DNA from: Marsupella aquatica
Taxonomy: Eukaryota > Plantae > Marchantiophyta
DNA length: 64,000 nt
Reading direction: 5' to 3'
NCBI GenBank assembly: GCA_973895155.1
Contig: OZ316898.1
Span: 19,355,292 to 19,419,291 of the forward strand
Shown: piece after piece, positions 57,595 to 64,000 of the stretch
Position numbering within the stretch: position 1 is the first letter of the stretch
Layout: the number at the start of each line of letters is the position of its first letter
Made by a program: the position numbers and the translations under genes
The notes under the pieces: generated by a model
Databases searched by the model: none
Told to the model about the DNA's origin: nothing
What the model saw: only the letters and a program-made list of their open reading frames with translations

Positions 57595-60500
57595 ATGACT
57601 TCAAGAAAGCTTGCGGCGCCGAAGTTTGAGGTGGAGAAGTTTGACGGGAAGGTCAGCTTCAGCCTCTGGACTCGGAAGGTGACCAATGTGTTGATCCAGC
57701 AGGGTCTTGAGAAGACCCTCACTGGAGTGAAACCCTCGAATCTAACAGATGAGGAGTGGGAGGACATGTCGGTGCAGGCGTGTAGCACAATTGAGTTGTT
57801 CTTGGCAAACAACATTCTCAAGAATGTGTTGGGGATGGATCGGAATGCCAAGAAAATCTGGGATATGCTTACTCAGCTATACCAGAGTACTTCGTTGACT
57901 ACTCGCATTTATCACTTGGAGCGGCTGTTCAGGTTGAAGTTGAAGGATGGTGGCAACATGCGTGATCACCTCAGTCTCTTTGATGAGATTGTGCACGAGG
58001 TGGCCACGGCCGGAGACAAGTTGACCGATGAGTATCTTGCGATGCATTTGTTGATGTCGCTTCCTCAGAGCTATTCGACGTTGGTGACAGTCATCATACA
58101 TGACAAGTCTACGTTAAAGCTGGATGAGGTAAAGGCTACCATTCTTGCAGAATGGGGCAAGCGACAACTTTCTGGCCGTGACAATGAGTCTGCTGCCTTA
58201 GTGGTTAGAGGCAGATCGACGGAGCGTACTACGGATCAGTCTAGATCTAAATCACATAGTAGATCTAAATCTAAGTCCCGTAGTAAGAAAGTGCAGTGTT
58301 GGCATTGCCATGAGAAGGGCCACACCAAGTGGAATTGTCCTTCTCTGTCGAAGCAGAAGCGTCCTACTTCCAATGGTGCGTCCTCATCGTCGGCTGGTAT
58401 TGTGATTGCTGATAATGAGGATGCTGCTGAAGTGCTATGTATTGGTGCTGTAAATTCTGTGTATGACAATAAATGGATGTTGGATTCGGGTTCCTCTTAT
58501 CACGTGTGTCCAACGCAATCGTATTTCTCCACTTACCAACCTTGTACCGGTACTGTGGAAATCGGAAATGGAGTCCGATGTGCGATTGTTGGCATGGGGA
58601 CTATCAAATTCCGGATGTTTGATGGTGTTGTGCGAGCACTGACGGGAGTCAGACACATACCAGACATCTCTAAGAATTTGATTTCTCTTGGTGCTTTGGA
58701 AGCTGGTGGATCTCATTTCACTGCACGTGATGGTGCGCTCTTTGTCGTCAAAGATGATGTATCTTTGATTAAGGCGCTACGGCAGAATAATTTGTACATC
58801 TTGGAAGGAGATGTCATTGCTCCTAGAGTGGAGCATGTGGATTCTGTGGTGGAACGTTCGGATGCAGCGGCAACATCTACTGTAGAGTCATCTACGGCTG
58901 CTTCAATTGAAGCACCCTCAACATCTGGTCGCACACAAGCCATAGATTTGTGGCATGCACGGTTGGGGCACTTGAGTGGAAAAGGATTGGCAGCCTTGGC
59001 AAACAGAGATTTGTTGCAAGGCGCTCAATCTGGTAAACTCTCTTTCTGTGAAGATTGCATCTTCGGCAAGCAGAGGAGAGTGAGTTTCAGTTCTAGTTCA
59101 TACCATTCTCATGAAATTCTTGAGTATGTACATTCGGATGTTTGGGGTCCAGCGCCGGAGCCATCGTTGGGTGGAGCCAGATATTTTGTGACGTTTGTAG
59201 ATGATTACTCTCGAATGTGTTGGTTGTACTACATGAAGGAGAAGTCTCAAGTCTTTGAGATTTTCAAGGAGTGGAAAGCCATGGTAGAACTACAAACTGG
59301 GAATGAGTTGAAGTGTGTTTGGTCCGATAACGGTGGCGAGTATAAGTCCAATGAGTTTGATCAATTTGGTCGAGACCTTGGCCTCAAGCGTCATTACACT
59401 ATACCGGAGACCCCGCAGCAGAATGGAGTTGCAGAACGGTTGAATCGGACATTACTGGAGAAAGCACGCAGCATGCTATGTAAGTCCAAGTTGCCCAATA
59501 ACTTTTGGGCTGAAGCTGTCAACCAAGCTGCATACGTCTACAATCTGTCACCGCATAGTAGTAAGTTGATGCAGACTCCATTTGAGTTGTGGTATAAGAG
59601 ACCTGCTGATTACTCTAGACTCCGAGTTTTTGGTTGTGCTGCCTATGTTCACATTGAGCAGACACACAGGTCTAAGTTGGATCCCAAGTCTAAAAAATGT
59701 ATTTTTCTAGGCTTTAGTCCTGGGCAGAAGGGCTATAAATTGTGGGATCCTGTCGATTGCAAGGTAGTTGTGAGCAGAAATGTTGTTTTTGACGAAGAAT
59801 GGTTGTCAAGACCCCGGGATATTCAGGAGGAACAGGTGAAGGAACCCACTACGGTGGAGCTTGGTGGCGATGAGGAAGCTGCTGGTCCCTCTGGTAGAGG
59901 TGCAATTCCTCAACCAAGGCACTCCACCAGGGCCAATTTTGGCCAACCCCCTGATAGATTTGGTTTTGCAGATCCTCGTGTTCACGTTGTTGAGCATGAC
60001 GATGATCCCGGTGTTATTTTGCTTACTGAAGATGGAGACCCCTCTAGCTATGAAGAAGCTATGGCCTCTCCAGATAAGGATAAGTGGATGGAGGCGATGT
60101 TGAAGGAGATGAATTCTTTGAAGAAGAATTCAACTTGGCGCTTAACTGACATGCCTCGCGGGAAAACACTAGTTCCGTGTAGATGGTTGTACAAGAAGAA
60201 GCAGGATGGCACTTACAAGGCTCGCCTTGTGGCCAAAGGGTACACCCAGAAGGAGGGCTTGGACTACACGGAAATTTTCTCACCAGTTGTCAAACTCACT
60301 ACTATCCGTGTTTTACTTGCGATTGTGGCATTCTATGATCTTGAGTTAAATCAGATGGATGTAATTACTGCTTTCCTGCATGGATTGCTTGATGTGGAGA
60401 TTTATATGACTCAGCCTCCAGGTTTTATTGATGAGAAGACCAGACACTTGGTGTGTAAGCTCTTGCGCTCGTTATACGGATTGAAGCAGAGTCCCAGACA

Positions 60501-61611
60501 GTGGAATAAGCGTTTTGATTCCTTCATGTTATCTCAGGGGTTCACACGAAGTGAACATGATTGTTGTATTTACATGAAGGAGGTGGAGAATTACTCACGC
60601 TTTGGTTACATTGTGCTGGCATTGTACGTGGATGACATGCTGATCCTGACTGAGAATAAGTCTGATGTTGCCCATCTGAAAGCAATGCTGAGTAAGGAGT
60701 TTTCAATGAAGGACTTGGGTCAGGCCAAGAAGATACTAGGGATGGAGATTCATCGTGACAGGGAGCAAAGGCAATTATGGTTGTCTCAGAGGCAGTATTT
60801 GGAGAAGGTACTTGCCAAGTATGGAATGGAGAATGCAAAACCAGTTGGTACTCCATTGGCCTCCCACTTTAAACTCTCAAAGAATGATTGCCCTTCTAGT
60901 GAGAGTGATAGACTGGCGATGAAACATGTTCCCTATGATAGTGTTGTGGGTAGTTTGATGTATGCAATGACATGCACTAGACCTGACATTGCCCACGCTG
61001 TTAGCGTTTTGAGCAGATTTATGGCAAATCCTGGTAAGCTTCACTGGGAAGCAGTGAAGTGGGTTTTGCGGTATTTGAAAGGTACCTTAGATTGTGGGAT
61101 CTTATTTGACGGTAAAGCAGACTCTACATTAGAGTTGGAAGGTTTTGTAAATTCAGATTATGCTGGTAACTTGGATAACAGAAAGTCTACTACAGGCTAT
61201 GTGTTTATGTTGGGTGGAGGTTGTATCAGCTGGAAGTCGGCAACTCAATCTTGTGTTGCGTTGTCTACTACTGAGGCTGAGTACATGGCTGCATGTGAGG
61301 CAACCAAGGAGCTGATCTGGCTACGGAGATTGGTGAGTGATCTGGGTCTTTCACCTGAAAGACCGGTGCTGCTGTGCGACAGTCAAAGTGCTTTGCATCT
61401 GGCTAAGAACCCTGTGTTCCATGCCAGGACAAAGCACATTGATATTCGTTATCACTTCATCCGTGAGGTGATTGAGACGAAGCAGATGTTTCTGGAGAAG
61501 GTGGCTTCAGAGGAGAATGCAGCAGACATGCTTACCAAAGTTTTACCTACCAGTAGCTTTAGTCATTGTGTGGATATTATTAATGTTAGGGCCAAACCAG
61601 TGACTATGTAA
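57595..61611 (+). CDS. Copia Gag-Pol polyprotein (gag, CCHC knuckle, PR, IN, RT, RNase H)
   Basis: ATG at 57595; KFDGKVSFSLW; CWHCHEKGHTKWNC; WMLDSGSS; LWHARLGH; integrase HSDVWGP/SDNGGE/QQNGVAER; YKARLVAKGY, QMDV, SLYGLKQSPRQW, YVDD; STTEAEY, CDSQSA, KHIDIRYHFIRE, ADMLTK. The IN-before-RT order identifies copia. Confidence 0.96.
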   Translation: MTSRKLAAPKFEVEKFDGKVSFSLWTRKVTNVLIQQGLEKTLTGVKPSNLTDEEWEDMSVQACSTIELFLANNILKNVLGMDRNAKKIWDMLTQLYQSTSLTTRIYHLERLFRLKLKDGGNMRDHLSLFDEIVHEVATAGDKLTDEYLAMHLLMSLPQSYSTLVTVIIHDKSTLKLDEVKATILAEWGKRQLSGRDNESAALVVRGRSTERTTDQSRSKSHSRSKSKSRSKKVQCWHCHEKGHTKWNCPSLSKQKRPTSNGASSSSAGIVIADNEDAAEVLCIGAVNSVYDNKWMLDSGSSYHVCPTQSYFSTYQPCTGTVEIGNGVRCAIVGMGTIKFRMFDGVVRALTGVRHIPDISKNLISLGALEAGGSHFTARDGALFVVKDDVSLIKALRQNNLYILEGDVIAPRVEHVDSVVERSDAAATSTVESSTAASIEAPSTSGRTQAIDLWHARLGHLSGKGLAALANRDLLQGAQSGKLSFCEDCIFGKQRRVSFSSSSYHSHEILEYVHSDVWGPAPEPSLGGARYFVTFVDDYSRMCWLYYMKEKSQVFEIFKEWKAMVELQTGNELKCVWSDNGGEYKSNEFDQFGRDLGLKRHYTIPETPQQNGVAERLNRTLLEKARSMLCKSKLPNNFWAEAVNQAAYVYNLSPHSSKLMQTPFELWYKRPADYSRLRVFGCAAYVHIEQTHRSKLDPKSKKCIFLGFSPGQKGYKLWDPVDCKVVVSRNVVFDEEWLSRPRDIQEEQVKEPTTVELGGDEEAAGPSGRGAIPQPRHSTRANFGQPPDRFGFADPRVHVVEHDDDPGVILLTEDGDPSSYEEAMASPDKDKWMEAMLKEMNSLKKNSTWRLTDMPRGKTLVPCRWLYKKKQDGTYKARLVAKGYTQKEGLDYTEIFSPVVKLTTIRVLLAIVAFYDLELNQMDVITAFLHGLLDVEIYMTQPPGFIDEKTRHLVCKLLRSLYGLKQSPRQWNKRFDSFMLSQGFTRSEHDCCIYMKEVENYSRFGYIVLALYVDDMLILTENKSDVAHLKAMLSKEFSMKDLGQAKKILGMEIHRDREQRQLWLSQRQYLEKVLAKYGMENAKPVGTPLASHFKLSKNDCPSSESDRLAMKHVPYDSVVGSLMYAMTCTRPDIAHAVSVLSRFMANPGKLHWEAVKWVLRYLKGTLDCGILFDGKADSTLELEGFVNSDYAGNLDNRKSTTGYVFMLGGGCISWKSATQSCVALSTTEAEYMAACEATKELIWLRRLVSDLGLSPERPVLLCDSQSALHLAKNPVFHARTKHIDIRYHFIREVIETKQMFLEKVASEENAADMLTKVLPTSSFSHCVDIINVRAKPVTM

Positions 61612-61667
61612 ATATGTTACTTAGTTACATATTGTATATCACCTGACTCATTGTGTGAACTTGAGTC

Positions 61668-61678
61668 AAGGTGGAGAT
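61668..61678 (+). promoter_or_regulatory. Polypurine tract
   Basis: AAGGTGGAGAT lies immediately before the 3' LTR. Confidence 0.8.
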
Positions 61679-61973
61679 TGTTAGGAATTGACTCTAGTTC
61701 CCGACATAGTTAGCTTGGCCTTACTAGGGTTAGTTTTAACCCTAGATTATATTAGGATAAGATCCGCTTAGTTTAGGCCCACTCATCTTGGCCCCCTTGG
61801 GGGGTATAGGCTGGAGGGAGAGCACTCTCTCCCTCATTCTTCACATGTACTCTCATTTGCTATGGAGCCTTAAGGAGTTTCTCCACTCGGGGTGTCTCGT
61901 CGGTGTAGCGTCTGATTGAGTGTCTCTCATGTTTCCGCATTGCTGTCTAGTCCGGAGCCGACGGTTTCTTACA
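61679..61973 (+). repeat. 3' LTR
   Basis: Near-identical copy of 55653-55947, followed by the TSD TGAAT. Confidence 0.97.
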
Positions 61974-63309
61974 TGAATTGCAACATATTTTAAGCGTTCC
62001 TAACAACCTTAATATAATCAGATTCCATTGGATGTCAAGATAGATACTTAATGTCACAATGGGTGCTCAAACACTTAAGAAAGACCAAAGTGACAACATT
62101 GAGTGGTGGAGTAATCTTAGAAATTGATGACTCTATCAAATCTTCATGAAAACTAAAGATATTAGAATGTCTGGAATTATCTTTCTAATAGAGCTCAAGA
62201 AGAGCCAATTCAGTTGAACATCAAGGTAGATGTGTAGAGGTTAACTCAATCGGGCTTGGAGGAAGAACATGATGACTAATGCTTCCATGGATGTATACAC
62301 TGCTAATAAAGTGACATTCCAATGGATGTAACTTGCTATGAATTGAACCATGTGACAACTGAGTAATCATCAGTGTATGATTTCAGCGCTGTACTGATCA
62401 TAACTCCCCCACAAGGTACTGTAGGTCAAACTCTGTTGTTCAACTTTTTGGAAACAGGGCCACGTGTTTCAATTTGTGTGTTCATGGTGAAGCACGGTTT
62501 TCTATCATTTTGCAGATTGCCACATTTTTCGGTTTTGTTCAGTGTTTGTGAGTGTTGGGGGAGTTTGTTGCGGAGATGATATGATTTGTGCATGGCAGAC
62601 ACAACCAATTCCAAGGTTTCATGAGTGCTGGGGAATTGTTTTTCAAAGGGCAACGTCAAGGGCAATTGCTTTATGGCAATTCAACATTTGAAGTTCATCA
62701 GGGTTGTCATTCAGCACTGTCACACATTGTAGGTTGTGGAATTGTGTGTGAATAGTCAAACTTTGGAGTAGGACACACTTCTTAAGAAAACAATCTATTA
62801 CAACAAAACTAGTTAGTACTATTGTTGAAACTGAAGCCAGGATGGAGCACCATGTTGAACAAAATGCGAGGGTGGACAACATTTTGGTAGTTTGGGCCCA
62901 TAACTTGATGATCATGAGTCTTAAAATAATTTGTAATTTGACACCTGCAAAACAACTAGAGAAGAAGGATACTTAAAAAACAGAAACCCCAATATTTCAT
63001 ATATTAGCACAATGAAAATCCATGTAATAGTAATTACCCCTCCGCATTTTATGATGAAACACTCAGCCAAATTGGCCCCAAAATCAATGTTACTTTGATG
63101 GAAGTGTAACCTACCTACTCCTCTAGCATATCTTCAAAAATAATGTCCATAGGGTTTCAAAGACCAATCTTGTGATCCATGAGGGCTTCAAATGATTTAG
63201 GGCTATGGGTCCCTAGAAAGTCATTAATGACTCTCCATACCCGCTGCCCGAAGTATACACAACTGAAAGAGGTTAAAACTAAAAATGCTCTAATGTTATT
63301 GTCCAGCAG

Positions 63310-63392
63310 GCTCTGGCATATATATAGTGGTAGATCATGCAAGTGCGGAGCGAGAGGTGCTGAGTTTGAATGTTGAGTTTGAATCTTGCTAC
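63310..63392 (+). mobile_element. Degenerate tRNA-derived SINE-like head
   Basis: TAGTGGTAGA (A-box-like) ... GAGAGGTGCTGAGTTTGAAT, followed by a second copy of the CpG-decayed B-box as GAGTTTGAATC. Confidence 0.35.
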
Positions 63393-64000
63393 AAACATCT
63401 TACTTCCAACTACAAGCTAGAGTTGGGGCCTAGGTTTCTAGAGTGAAACCTCTAACTAGACAATAACTCCATGACTAATTTTGTGGATCATGAAAAACTC
63501 ATGATTATGATGTATATCAAATGATAATCATGCATGTTTTTTGTCATAATTTCTATTTGCATTAAAAATTGGGTTCTATGGCCCACCATAAAATCACCAT
63601 ATAGTTTTTACATAGAAAGAGTGATATGCATAGGAAAGAGTATGATATGTTATATATGATTATTAAAATGATGATATGCATAATAATAATTTTTGGTTTC
63701 ATTAACCTTTGAAAAATGTGAATAGAGAATATATTTTGGTGACAGTTCTATTGTCTATCCCTCCATTCATGTTCAAAGAAAGTGTACTCTAGATTAATAC
63801 TTCCTTTTACACAGACACCCCCGTGGATCATACTCCTCTTGTGACACTTTCAAAAATAATAATTCAAATAATCAATTTATGTATTTTGGGCAGCGGACCA
63901 AGGAAAGCCATTTTTTTTGGAACGTCCATTATTGACTTTCCAAGACCTACTGTACTGTACTACTGTAGTCTCCTTGAATTTCAATGCACTATTGTTGGAC

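Larger units (their letters stand above)
55653..61973 (+). mobile_element. Full-length Ty1/copia LTR retrotransposon (Tnt1/Tork-like)
   Basis: TG..CA LTRs at 55653-55947 and 61679-61973 (295 bp, 3 mismatches); 5-bp TSD TGAAT (55648-55652, 61974-61978); PBS, PPT and a single gag-pol ORF. Confidence 0.97.

Overview
Eukaryotic nuclear DNA from a land plant. The intron-rich genes, codon style and TE content suggest a bryophyte-grade or other seed-free plant; this is an inference. Four host genes are recognisable. (1) An LCM-type SAM-dependent methyltransferase (+, ~7.6-9.8 kb) whose 5' coding part looks damaged. (2) A DEAH-box splicing helicase of the plant DEAH4 type (-, 10.5-16.3 kb) that needs a GC-AG intron. 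(3) A MIP1 leucine-zipper/DUF547 gene (+, 40.1-47.7 kb). (4) A single-ORF HECT_2/UBE3D-like gene (-, 50.1-52.0 kb). Mobile DNA comprises a decayed CRE-clade non-LTR retrotransposon (RT plus restriction-like endonuclease, ~3.0-6.6 kb), a young full-length Ty1/copia element (55653-61973; 295-bp LTRs, TGAAT TSD), a Mutator-like transposase/SWIM relic (~24.5-25.3 kb), a MITE-like element and several tRNA-derived SINE-like heads. The copia element has an unusually long 5' leader carrying a hairpin array, and an Asp-to-Asn change at its RNase H catalytic position. Short local tandem duplications (33-185 bp) are pervasive, including a 3x129-bp array just upstream of the HECT_2 gene. I found no unambiguous novel multi-gene system. 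The best leads are the CRE-like element, the structured copia leader and the 129-bp uORF-bearing array.
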